Shown here in pieces: positions 27,926 to 39,720 of a DNA stretch of 64,000 bases. The DNA comes from Haplodiscus bocki (Eukaryota), in the NCBI GenBank assembly GCA_965655095.1, contig OZ296652.1, forward strand, positions 39,866,001-39,930,000, in the 5' to 3' direction. A program made the translations under genes and the position numbers. The stretch's first letter is position 1; each line of letters begins with the position of its first letter. The notes beneath the pieces were generated by a model. That model ran no database searches. It was not told the origin of the DNA and was given only the letters and a program-made list of their open reading frames with translations.

Positions 27926-28324
27926 CACTCATTAGACTTTATAAGACCACACCTATTGAAATCGAGCCTCATTTGTTCTTGACGAAAACAGCGAATTGAG
28001 TCTCAATTGTTCTTAAAGTGTTCTTAGTCTACATGTATGACGTAATTATCGTTCAGCCTGTGAAAATACTGAGTTGAGTTCTACAGCAGCTATTAATTAG
28101 TGCAGCTTAGCGCCTGCTACGTGTAATTCAACTAACAAAATTATGCCGCTGCTAATTTTTTCGGATAAACAAAAACTGTATTTAATTAGGAATTAGAATT
28201 GGAGATCCAGAATTATATTTTGTCTGATAAGACTTTTTGAATAAGTTTGAGCCTAAATTGTTCTTGAGTGTTCTTGATCAAAAAGTTTTTCAGACCCTCA
28301 TGTTCTTATAAAAGATAATGAGTG
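27926..28324. mobile_element. MITE with ~25-bp TIRs and TA TSD
   Basis: CACTCATTAGACTTTATAAGACCA ... TGTTCTTATAAAAGATAATGAGTG, with TA on both flanks. Confidence 0.65.
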
Positions 28325-28334
28325 TACATGTATT

Positions 28335-28524
28335 GGATCTTTCCTGTTCACCACCCCCCCACCGTAGAAGCTCAAAATTTAACCACCCCTCCCCCACGCA
28401 GAAGCGAACTCGTTTCTGATTGGCTAAAATTCACTCGCGCGGGAGTTAAAACATTACGCCGCTAATTATTTCGCATATCCATTATCGTGTGGGGGGGGGG
28501 GGGGGGGGTTAACAGAAAAGATCC
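28335..28524. mobile_element. Short MITE with poly-C/poly-G inverted arms
   Basis: GGATCTTTCCTGTTCACCACCCCCCC ... GGGGGGTTAACAGAAAAGATCC inverted termini. Confidence 0.5.
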
Positions 28525-29072
28525 CATGTATTTTCCTTCACTCAAATCAAGTTTGAATTAAATACTTACACTATTTGATTGCATTTATCACGGTTCTGAT
28601 AAATATTGACAAAATAGCCATGTTACTGTTACATAAGGTCACAGAAACTGTGAATATTAAACGTATCTACAAATGTAGTGAATATTACGGCCGGAACATT
28701 GTTTCCATTCAGAATCAGGGGGTTTGGTTATTCTAGTTGAACTGTAGATAATTATTTTGAAGGTTGGTTCTGAAAAGAATGTTAGTCCATTCGGCGGTCT
28801 TGATTATTAAGTTTGTGTTACTTGGTTGAAGTTTGATTCAAATAGTCTATATGCTCATTTATTGCATAGTGTAGCTATTTCATCATTCAAAGCAAGGTAT
28901 TCATTCATCTCTTATGCTCGGCAGATTTGTCAAAAGTAATTGCTCAAAGTTTTTCATCTCACTAATATTATCGTTGGTGCCAGCATTTTTCATTGTCATC
29001 TAATGGATTACTGCTGATAACAATAAACTATTGTGTTTTGATTGTCCAGCTGTAGTTGTAGTTATTCCCATC

Positions 29073-30446
29073 ATGACCAAAGTATCCTTGGCAATTTTTT
29101 GCCTATTGCGGTTATATTTGGTTGTAGCAAAGCCTCTTCCCGTCGGTTCAGAATGCAATAATTGCAAACATTTATCTGCAATTGCAATTGGAAAGTTTTC
29201 ACTTGGTGTTGATTGCGATTATTCCCATTGTTTTTCTGAAAGCGGTCGGTTCTTGAATTCTCACACCTCAAATGAAGCTCTGGAAGAACATGTTTTTGAG
29301 TTGAGTAGGAAATTTCCGCTGATAACACAGGTGCAGACAATCGGCCGATCTGTTCAGGGTCGTCCGTTGCTGGTTCTCATAATCTCTGATAACCCGAAAT
29401 CTCATGAATTGAAAGAACCCGAGTTCAAATACGTCGCGAACATGCATGGAGATGAAATTGTTGGTCGCGAACTTCTCATAAATTTGGCCCATTGGCTTCT
29501 TCACAACTACGAAAGCAACGAAACGGCGACAGAATTGATTGAATCAACCAGAATTCATCTTTTGTTTAGTATGAATCCTGACGGATACGCTGGAGATTCA
29601 AATGGCAAAATACCTCAACGCGGAAACGCCAACGGTGTCGATCTTAACAGAAATTTCCCAAATCTGAATAAAATAGCGTTCAAAAACTTAGAACTGGGCA
29701 TTTGTGAGTCGGAAAACTTGGATAAAAAATATGCAAACCTTTCGACTGATGTTGCCAAAGCTGAGCTTGAAACTCGTGCAATCATTAATTGGTTAGAAGA
29801 AGTGCCTTTTGTGCTAAGTGCCAATCTACATGGAGGAACGTTTGTCGCTAATTATCCCTATGACTCCAAAAGTGGCCAGAACCACTCCAAAACACCTGAT
29901 GATGACCTGTTCAAGTCGCTCGCAATGACATACTCCAAGTCACACGCAGTTATGGCAGCTGCCACCAATTCGGTCCCTTGGTTTTTCCAGGATGGAATAA
30001 CAAATGGAGCTTCTTGGTACGAAGTTGAAGGGGGTATGCAAGATTATAATTACGATGCATCAAATTGTTATGAGATAACTTTGGAACTTAGTCTGTATAA
30101 GAACCCAAATGCCAGTATGCTCTGGATGTACTGGCATCAGAACAAAGATGCGCTTCTTCACTTCATGAAAAAAGTTCACATCGGCATGAAAGGAGTTGTG
30201 ATGAATGTAGATGATGAAATTGTCGCCGATGTTCAAGTAATAGCCCGGCATTCGGGACTCAAACATGACCCAATCACGTGCCACTCAATATCGTCTACGG
30301 TTTATGGAGATTTTTTTCGGTTGCTGCTTCCAGGCACTTATGACATCGAGTTTCGACATCCCGATTACAAAATTGAATTGCTTTCAGCTGTCGAGGTGGA
30401 AGATGACGTCACTGATGTTGGCACAATTTTACTTCGCTCCTCTTGA
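29073..30446 (+). CDS. Secreted M14B metallocarboxypeptidase (carboxypeptidase E/D/M-like), 457 aa, uninterrupted ORF
   Basis: Signal peptide MTKVSLAIFCLLRLYLVVA; zinc ligands in NMHGDE and SANLHGG; substrate-binding DLNRNFP; GITNGASWY; catalytic Glu in EITLELS; C-terminal transthyretin-like domain (GMKGVV...GDFFRLLLPGTY). The first ATG is at 29073; the ORF-track start at 29031 is TTG. Confidence 0.95.
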   Translation: MTKVSLAIFCLLRLYLVVAKPLPVGSECNNCKHLSAIAIGKFSLGVDCDYSHCFSESGRFLNSHTSNEALEEHVFELSRKFPLITQVQTIGRSVQGRPLLVLIISDNPKSHELKEPEFKYVANMHGDEIVGRELLINLAHWLLHNYESNETATELIESTRIHLLFSMNPDGYAGDSNGKIPQRGNANGVDLNRNFPNLNKIAFKNLELGICESENLDKKYANLSTDVAKAELETRAIINWLEEVPFVLSANLHGGTFVANYPYDSKSGQNHSKTPDDDLFKSLAMTYSKSHAVMAAATNSVPWFFQDGITNGASWYEVEGGMQDYNYDASNCYEITLELSLYKNPNASMLWMYWHQNKDALLHFMKKVHIGMKGVVMNVDDEIVADVQVIARHSGLKHDPITCHSISSTVYGDFFRLLLPGTYDIEFRHPDYKIELLSAVEVEDDVTDVGTILLRSS

Positions 30447-30982
30447 TAACTGTTCATTTTTCGAGTTGATTTAGTTTGGACGGCAGCATCGTCAAGGGCT
30501 GGCAGAGAACTAACGTGGCTTATTTTTAACACGCTAATAACACGTGTTCGAAATCAATGTTGGATTTCAAGTTTTAAAAATCAAAATGAGGGCAAAATTT
30601 CCCGCCAGTTTTGCAAGATGAGCTCTTAATTTTAACAACAGTGTTCTTGCAAGTTAAAAGCTGCAACGTCTCGAAATCTGAAAGCGGTAAAAGCTGACAT
30701 TCAGCGATATTCATTTGGATCAAGTTGTATATAATGCTAAGATTTCAGTCTGAAGTTCAGGGAGATTGAATTAGAAATTGATTTGTTTTTCAATTTGATT
30801 CAAATTAAAATTTGATATTTTTTTTGAGATTTCGATTTCTAGCAGTTTCGATTTCTAACATGTTTTAATCAGATTTTTGTTTTCAACGTTATATAGCAAA
30901 AAATATTGTTAGTTTTCCACCGCTTATCATCGTACTGTTGTAGTTCTTACGGCTATGCAGATGTGTGCAGTTTTGGTATATA

Positions 30983-31365
30983 CTCTGGTGTACCTAATAA
31001 ACGGGAGCATCCTGCGTTGTGTCTATGAGTTGAAATCGGCAAACCTCCTCTAATTAGAACCCCCCCCCCCCCCTATTAAAAAATCGGCATCTTCAAAAAC
31101 GGACGGACGTAAAGAAATGGAGTAAATGTTTGCCAAGTGGTCATCTTCCGTTTCAGTAAATGCAAAATTCGTTATGCAGCTCCATTGACCATTGAAATAA
31201 AACGTTTATTTAATATGTGTAGGCATAGTTCGAGGTGTTATTACGCGCTGCCATAATGTTTACTTTTAGACTCCCCTCTTGTGTGGACCCCACCTATTAT
31301 TGGAGAATTTTCTATTAGACCCCCTTGCTACTTGTACCCCCTCCCCTATAATTCGGTACACCGAG
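30983..31365. mobile_element. Tc1/pogo-like MITE with TA TSD
   Basis: TA|CTCTGGTGTACCTAATA ... AATTCGGTACACCGAG|TA inverted termini. Confidence 0.6.
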
Positions 31366-31557
31366 TAGAAGTTTATATAGTGGAAGTCAATTTTTTCGTT
31401 TCAATTTCAGTAATTCATTTTCCTCATGAATTTCTAAGCGGGCAGACTGAAGTTTCTCTTAGATCCCAACACTGAAAATGTTCTGAGGCCGGTTTTTGAA
31501 AACTTACCTAGTTGAATTTTTCCGAAGTTTGCTTGAGTCCAGTATTCTTCGCCCTAT

Positions 31558-32185
31558 TATAGCGACCCTGCTTTGGGTGCTATGATTTTTGTAAGTTCTT
31601 TTTGCTACGAAAGAAAATTTGATACTTGCAAGAAATAAAATAAATAGTTAGGTTAAATAATTAAAACATTAAAAGTTAGGATTATTAAAACAAAGCATTT
31701 ACAGAAGTGAATAAACATAAAGCACTAACATTATTGGTTTTCTTCGTGATGTAGAGAGGGGAGAAGAGGACAAATTTAAGATTATTTTTCTTTAAGAGGA
31801 GAGAGAGAAGTTAAATTTTGCTGTATAGAAGAGCTGCTGTTTTCTGCACAAAAAGATTGTTACGATTGTTAAAAGAGAGACGAAGGAAAAGTGTGTGATG
31901 GAAAAACACTCACCAGATGGCGGCTATTACGAAGATGTCTACTTCACTAATCGTAGCTGTTTACGAGTGATGACTGATATACTTCATCACTCGTTTTCTA
32001 CAACGAACTGCTACGAGGAACGAATTATTAACGAATTACTCTGATTGTGGTAACGAGAGGTTGACTAATAATGGCCTGGAGAGCCTGGAGAAAGTGAAGT
32101 AAAAATTGAGTACATATTTTACAGAGGTCACGTACTAAAAGCAAAAAAATGAAAAATATTAAACAGTTTTGTTCAGTTTGTTATA
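31558..32185 (-). repeat. 3' LTR
   Basis: Direct repeat of 45371-45998, preceded on the element strand by the PPT. Confidence 0.95.
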
Positions 32186-32188
32186 CGG

Positions 32189-32200
32189 CTTTCTTCTTTT
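32189..32200 (-). promoter_or_regulatory. Polypurine tract (AAAAGAAGAAAG)
   Basis: Purine run preceded by a U-tract, 3 nt upstream of the 3' LTR on the element strand. Confidence 0.7.
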
Positions 32201-32229
32201 AAAAAAATGCGTCCCGCATTTAGTTGTGG

Positions 32230-33196
32230 CTACTTCCAATATTCGCTGGTGTCGATGTCATTCATGGGGCAACAGCGGCTGCATTGGTGTCGTTTTTGAT
32301 TTCGTACAGCTCTCATGCCGCAGCAATCAAGGATGGCGCGGGTGCGGTTGGAGGAAAGTATGCTGTAGAGGGTTGTTAAAAGGGTTGGTACCTCGGAGGG
32401 GCATTCAGGGTGCTGGTCGGGGTGTGTTAATCGTTCAAGTTGCAGGTATTGTCGGCGAATTGTTTGCGGGTGTGCTTGAGGGCCTAACCCAAAGAAGTGG
32501 TAAGTCTTCAGCGGTAAGGCGGTCAGAAGTTTCAGTGAAGCTGGACAGAATTTCGAAGAGCATGCTGAGAGCGCGGTCGTTGTCTTTAGAGATTTTGCTT
32601 GTTTTCTGCATGTCCTCCAGGCGGGACTGTGTGTTGCGAAGATCGCGCCGCAAGGTTTCATTTTCAAGAAGCAATTGATTGACTCTGGTTGTCATATGTG
32701 GTAGACGTTCTTGTTGTCGATCCAATAGATTAGAACGCTCTTTTAATTGCTCTTCAAGACGCTCAAGTTCGTCTGCTTCGCGAAGAAGAGCAGCAAATTC
32801 TCGGTGCTCAACCGAGTCAGTGATCGAACCAACAGTGGATGTTAAAGGCGGGGTTGTAATAGTACTGGCGTCCATGGCATCTGGTAGAACCGGGGGCGGA
32901 ACGGGGGAACACAAGTTACAATCTTGAATGGGATCAGTATTAACAGTCAACTCAGTTACATGTTTGGGTGGGGCCCAAAGCGCTGAAAAGCCAACAAAGA
33001 ATGAGCGGCGACGGCTGTCGAATGCAGGGTGAATCATTACACTATTCGTTGAAGGTACAACGCGAACAACATGGTACGGAGTTGGGTCCACAATATACAC
33101 GGTGTCACCAGGAGCCACATCCGTAAATTGACCGTTAGCAGTGAGAGCTCGGGATCGGGAATGAGACCTGAAACAAAAATGCTTGAAAAGGTTCAT
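32230..33196 (-). pseudogene. Accessory ORF: beta-rich N-terminus, coiled coil, DnaJ J-domain (HPD); one frameshift near 32503
   Basis: ORF 32435-33196 reaches ...LTAED. Skipping one nucleotide (GAC t TAC) continues YHFFGLGPQAHPQTIRRQYLQLERLTHPDQHP..LTTLYSILSSNRTRAILDCCG, matching the J-domain consensus DYY.LG....A....IK.AY..L....HPD....AY.VLSD...R..YD..G. Confidence 0.8.
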
Positions 33197-33556
33197 TAAA
33201 ACACTAAAAGGAAGACGGCGAGTTTCTTACGCGTGAGCGTAGGTGGAAAACCTCTTGAGCTGACTCAAAGACTCGGCGGAAAAGTTTTGCCGGAGAGCCG
33301 AAACCTTCGACTAAGCGTCGAGAAAAGAAAACCTCAGTGTCAAGCACTGGTCAAAAAACGTCACAGCGTGTGAGTTAGGCACGACCTAAGGAGGGGTGGG
33401 AAAAAGAAATGCTCGCGCTACAAATACGCGGAAAACTCTCGGAGTAAAACCCGAGGATAGAAGCATGATTTGACCTCAGTGAATTAGCACTGGACAGAAG
33501 TTGTTTGTAATACATTATATATAATAAATAGGACATAATATTGGAGCGGGAGAAAT

Positions 33557-35950
33557 TTACGGTGGTCGAGCATTAGGTGTGGAGTGCGCGTGAGCAACAT
33601 CGGGGTAAAGGAGGGGTTGTTCTGCTGATGCGTTGCTAGTGGGACAAGTGACAACTTTGCGGCGTGCGAGTACTTCTTTAGCAAGTTCGGATAACGCTGA
33701 AAACTCGTCTTCGGTTAAGTAGAGAAACGCAGTTGTTGCTTGCGTATCATCTGCGGCAAGCTCGTTAACAATATGTAAAAATCGTCCGTGTGTACCGCGG
33801 AAAAAGCGTTGCGGATGAGTGATGAACTGCTTCCATTGACGTCTGAACAAAGTGAAACTGATACTAAAAGAGATCAAAGAAATGGTCATGGACAAAAGAG
33901 CTAAACACAAGGCGCTTTTTGTCTGCATATATCTTTCAAGCGATTTACTCGTGGCTGGTGGAGTGGAGGCGTAGTAGTGAGAAATTGGCTCAGCGACTTC
34001 TTTGAGTTTATCAAAATCCATAGTGTGAACTTCAGGTAATTCTGCTATTTCCATGCGGACACTAGTTAAGACAGACTTGCGTACCTCGCTGTGAGAATAG
34101 ATGTTGAACTCTGCACTCGGTGGTGGTAAGGACTCAAAGACCTTTTGCAACGATGGGGTTAGTTGCACTTTGGCAACAAATGGCTCCGGACGAGTTTCAC
34201 AGTAATCCATGTCCGGGTTCAAAACAAGATCTCCATGGTTGAGCGTCAGTTTCGACGAGCAACCTGGGCGAATGACACATGCTTGACAATCAATAGTGGA
34301 CATTCTAGTGCCATGAGAATTGGTATCGTTCATCATCGGAAGGTGGCGTTGTCGTGAGATGACATGATAAAGACCATCTGCGAGGTAGAAAGCTTGCGGG
34401 GCATCAGGTAACAGAACTGATTCAACATGACAATTTCGAAGAGCAGGAACACTAAAGTTATAAAACAAAGACGTTAAGCACAACAAGGTCACATCTGTGG
34501 TAGTGGAAAATCCTGTTAGGCAAAGTTTGATTCTGTTCGTGCCGGAACACTGTTGTAACGTGGCGACACCCAGTTCGGCGTACTGGGATTTATCAGTCGC
34601 GATAGCTAAATAGTCATGACGGAACTGATACAAAGAAGCGGTAGAACCATCCTCATTGGGCTGATACAATGGAATTACACGGAGAATATTGAATGTGGCA
34701 GACTTTGAATTCATGGGTATTCCTTGTACAACAGAGATACCAGAAGCTAAGATGGAAACTTGTAACACAATTTGAACTTCGTAGTATGTTGCTTTGTAGC
34801 CGACTTGTATGGCTGGTGTTAGCTTTGTACCACGATGAACTTCTTCCATCGTGAGTTCATGAACAATCTCGGCTAGACGATTGGGTGTTAGGAAATTAGG
34901 AGTGACATAGCCGGACGATAATGAAGAAACTGCTGAATAAAGATTAGTTCTGTAAGAAACGAAAGCTGATCGGTAGGCTTTAAGGTGAGTGTAGACAAGA
35001 TCCAAATATGAAGTGTAATTTTCGACTTTAAAAACAAGGTTACTAAAGTGTTTAGTATGGACTACACAATGGTCGAAAAAGTTCAAAGAACGAGTGAGTT
35101 GGTCTATAGCTCTAGAGGTAGCGGTAAAACGGTTTTCAACAACGTCTCTAATTGCCTTGACATTTTCTTGTGTCTTTGAAATCTCCGAGCCAAGGAAGAA
35201 AAATTTTCTGTCGTTGGCTGTTTGAACCGTTTTCATTGTTTCGGCGAAAGAATTCCGTTGGGCCATGAGGGTTGAAATGTCCTTTCTCAAATCTTTATTA
35301 TCACTGCACAGTTTGAAGGTAGAGAGAGCACTGCATGCTGCATCTTTTAAAGGGTTACCAAGAATTAGGCCGGCTGCTCCAGATGCAGCCATCAATGCGG
35401 GAATAAGACGACGTTGCCGAGAATGTCCCGTTTGGCCTTTGTCTTCGTTCGCTTTCGTGGGCGGCGGTGCGAAAGACTCGGCAACTCGAAGGAGTTCAAG
35501 GTGATCATCTGCAATGGCTTTTTGCTCTTTGAAGAGAAGATTCACTCGATATTCGATTGACTCAGCTAAACCTGCCAACTTTGCTAACATATCATTGGTG
35601 TTGACGACGCAATACATGGGTGTGGAATAATATTTGCCTGTGGTAGGATCGATATTATCTTAGTATTTCTGACCGGTATTGGAAAGGTTTTGACGCGCCT
35701 CTAAAACGATCTGGCGCAGGCGGAGGGCTCCAGCTGGATCAATTGCTGGTGGCTGTGGAAATGGTGAAAAAAGTCTAACTTTACTCTCACTTTCAGATGT
35801 GACGGCTTGATAAGTGTAGATAAACACTGCGCCTCGTTGGAAAACCGAGTCTTCTTTCTCGGAGCCCACACTTGTTTGGAAAGTAACTTCAGAACTGATC
35901 ATAAGGAGCCAGGATTTCAGGAAGATAATGGAAATTAGCCAAGGACACAT
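33557..35950 (-). pseudogene. env: env: class I F-type fusion glycoprotein, 797 codons with one in-frame TAA (35660-35662)
   Basis: The signal-peptide ORF 35660-35950 is in frame with the 686-aa ORF 33557-35617. Furin site RQRR, fusion peptide LIPALMAASGAAGLILG, heptad repeats, Cys-rich region, TM helix ALCLALLSMTISLISFSISFTLF and a cytoplasmic tail. Confidence 0.88.
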
Positions 35951-36305
35951 TTCGGGGCGTTGATACTAAACAGAGTTACAAATGGAGGAAGAAAGAAGAA
36001 TACTACATGGAGACAAGTGAGATAAATGACTAAAAAAATGAAGATTACTTTTTCCTATCATGCTTTGAATTATGGGAGCTATTTTTCTTTTTACTTTGAC
36101 TTGTATGCTCTGACTTCAAGTTGCTGGGCAAGTGCTTCTCTAATTGATGAAGCGGTTGTGCATGACGTTGAAGTAATATAGTCGAACGTAGTTGACGCGG
36201 ACATACGGTCTGGTTGGCAGACGCTTCAGGGGTAGCTGAACGTTCTAAATTTTCTGCGGCGTTAGAGATGAAACTTTCAATGGAAAGGGAGGAGAAAGGT
36301 GAGTC

Positions 36306-37997
36306 CAGGGTGGCCACTTGGTCCCTTTTAAGGGACCTGGTCCCTTTTGGTCCCTTTTTTGTCCCTCAACTTTCAAAAGTCCCTTTTTTAAGGGACCTAG
36401 GGTTGATCAATTTAGACACATTTAGAACAGATCATTAATGTGTAGTAGCTTGATAATAACTTTTTTGTATACCTAAACATCAACTGCGGAATTTCTTGTA
36501 TATTGTTGCCAAATAGCCTATTTTCAGATGTTTCAGACCTATTTGAAACAGGTCTGAAACATTTGTTTTTCAGATGGGTGTATGTAAGGTTACTGAGACG
36601 CTTCTGTCGAAATTCCGATGGACAGTGAGGATACCGGGTGACGAACATCATGTCGAATGCAGATATGACGGCAGGATTCTGTCTGTTAAGGAGGGATGTG
36701 GATCTCTCGAGCAACATCAAACCTACGTCGTCCATGTTACTTCTGAAGCAGTACACTCAGGCGAGTATTAAAATACTTTAATTAGACCTTTGCGTTCATT
36801 AATGCAATATTTTTTACGAAATCAAGTTACAATCGAGATAGCAAATGCCAGAGCCACCACTGTTGCAACCAGCGTGCGAAAGGCCACAATTCTCCATGTT
36901 TTAAACTTGGTCCTCAATAAGCATTCATTCAGATCCAGTGACAGTGCCACCAGGAAACGAGCCATCTACGCCAAGATGTTCCCCGATTCCGCAACAACAG
37001 TGTCCCAAGATAATCGATTTTCCGGGATGCGCTTCTCACCAGTTGAACTTAATCCAAAAGTCTGAAGTGCGCGCATTCGACACCTTCGCTCAAATTGTCA
37101 AGATTATTGAGCTGTTTTCAAGTCTCATTCTTCAAATTATCCGCAACTGGGGTACTGGATGAACTGTTGTCATTTCGGACTGATCTGAGTGAAGAGCAAC
37201 GTACTAAGACACTTAAGTGCTTGTACGAGGATGGCAGCTGCAGCACATTTCATCAATTGACTGAGCTGGTTGAGTCCTGCCTACTGGTTTCTACTCACAA
37301 CATGATTGTCGAATCCGGATTTTCACTGATGAAGACAACTGAGACAAGTTACCAAAGCAATATGACCACAGAAACATATGATGCGTTGAGGACCATACAA
37401 GATTTCTGGGATGTTGAAGACTTCGAAGAAATCGAAATTACGAGTGAATTGGAATCATCAGTAGCTTCGGCCAGTGGACGGTATCGCGAGGTTACGAAAG
37501 AGAAGCAAGTTTTAAATTCCAGAAAGAGAACCTACGCGGAAGAGTTGCGGACCGAAGTTCAGGTATTTAAACGAAAGTCAACACTGACGGTTCAGCGGGA
37601 AATCACAGCGACCAACAATGAGCTTGAGCAAGCTCGGAAGCTGGTATCTGACCTTGAAAGCCGCAAAGCGATGTTAACGAAAGAACGCGACGCACCATCG
37701 ACCTGGTTTCTCTGAGTGCCCAAGGCCTCTGTTATAATGTCTGTTATAATGTATTCTGTTTAAATGGACCAAAGTTACTGGTCACAATCTCTTGCGTTTA
37801 AATAGAATTCTGAGAAATCAGTTCTTAAGTTAACATTTCTTTTTTTTTCTAGTAGTGCCTCTTACAATTCAAGTATAAAAGAGGGTCCCTTAAACGTCCC
37901 TTTTTCTATTTACGGGTTAATTTCAGGTCCCTTATTGGTCCCTTTTTATGAGGCTTCGCAAGGTCCCTTTTTCTTCGAAATAAATGTGGCCACCCTG
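36306..37997 (+). mobile_element. Internally deleted hAT DNA transposon nested in the pol 3' tail
   Basis: Perfect 12-bp TIRs CAGGGTGGCCAC, perfect 8-bp TSD GGTGAGTC (36298-36305, 37998-38005), subterminal GGTCCCT/AGGGACC repeats. Transposase remnants: HSFRSSD..KMFPDS (36790-37065) and dimerisation-domain-like HNMIVESGFSLMK (37095-37715). Confidence 0.9.
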
Positions 37998-39720
37998 GGT
38001 GAGTCTGGTGGTACGGACAGGTTCTTGGAGGAACTTGAAAGATCAAAAGTGTCATTAATTACAGTTCGAGATTGTGCTTGCGATGGAACTTGAGAAAAAT
38101 CTTGAGGTGGGCCACAAAGGGTGGTTCTGCTGGGAACCGAGGATGCTCGTTTTGTACTTGCAAGAGAAGAACTTTGGATGGGAGTTTCGGGGACAAAAAC
38201 TGCAGAAAATAGGGTTGGAGAGGCACTTCGGGGTCGAGGGCTTGGTGGAATTTGGTGGGACAGAGTTTGAGAACAGTTTTCAATGTTCGTGAGTAGCGAA
38301 GTGCGATTTTTGTGGCGGTTTGCTTTCCGGTGCCCTGGGGAGACTTGGTTCACGCCGTGGAAGCTGTAGTTCTGGACGTTGAACGAAGGGCTTTAAACGG
38401 TCATAATGAACGATGGTCTCTTTTTGGTTCACTGTATTTTTGATTTTATATGTTACGTCGTTAAGACACTGTACAATTGTGTATGGACCTTTCCACGGGG
38501 GTGAAAGTTTGGGACTCAGTCCTGTAGAAATTACAGAGCTATGTAACCAAACATTGTCACCTGGCTTGTATCGGGGGCCATGCAATTTAGAATTATACAA
38601 AGCGTTGCGTCGCAGTTGAGCAGCTTGACGATGGAGACGTGCTACTTCGTGAGCTCGTTGCATGTCAACACGTTTTTGTTGAACAAACTGATGCACGTCG
38701 GTTTTGTTGGGTTGTTCTGGCGAAGGGTACTGAATATCAATGGGAAGCTTAATTTCTTCGCCAAAAACAAGAAACTGCGGTGTATAACCTGTCGATTCAT
38801 GCACTGAAGTCCGAAATGCCATCATCACATATGGAAGTTGCTGAGTCCAATTGCTTAGGAAATCATCAACAGATTTGACCAACATGTTTAGTAAAGTTCT
38901 GTTCATTCGTTCGATTACAGCATTTGATTGTGGATGGAAAGATGTGGTTCGCGTTTTATCAATTTGAAGGGACTGCATGAGACTTTGAAAAAGTTTAGAC
39001 TCGAAGTTTCGGCCTTGGTCTGTGTGAATGCTCACGGGAACGCCAAAACGACTAATCCAGTGCTCAAGTAATGCGGTAGCAGTCATTTCAGCTGTCTGAT
39101 CTGGCAATGTGACTGCTTCATACCACTTTGTGAAGTGATCACCAAATAATGCTATAGAGGAATTACCATTTGAGACTGGAAGTGGTACCAGGAAGTCAAT
39201 ACCAATGTGGGCAAAAGGGAAACTGGGAGGCCAATTGACAAGGCTGTGTCTATGTTTTTGCTTGGGGCTGTTACGTTGCTGACAAACAAGACAACTTGAG
39301 ACAAACACACCGACATCTTTCTTATGTCCTGGCCAATAGAATCTAGCTCTAAGCTTTTCTAGAGTTTTTGTTACTCCTAGGTGAGCAGCTGTTGTGGAAC
39401 TGTGAATTGATTTTAGGATTTTGGGTCGCAATGTTGTTGGAATGACTTGCTGTAAATGACTTTGGCCTGTGCTCGAATCCTCAAAACTTCGGCACAGGAT
39501 ATCATTTACGACTTTGAGGGAGTCGAAATTTTTCCAGAGAACCCAAACGTCTTTTGACTGGCCTTAAAGGACTGAGCGATGGGGTTGTTTCTCGTTTTTA
39601 ACGCAATAAAGAACGGTGCTAAGGCTCTGACCGTCTTCTTGTGCTTGTTGCATGTCATTCTTTGTTCCTTTTTCTTTTCGAGTCCCGCTAGGACTGGGAA
39701 TTTGCTGTTGCGGTTGCGTC

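Noticed and set aside
32169-32927. Plus-strand ORFs overlapping the J-domain gene
   Set aside because: Antisense shadows of a GC-richer coding region.
35660-35662. Programmed readthrough of the TAA in env
   Set aside because: gag and pol carry similar single stops, so decay is the simpler explanation and no readthrough context is evident.
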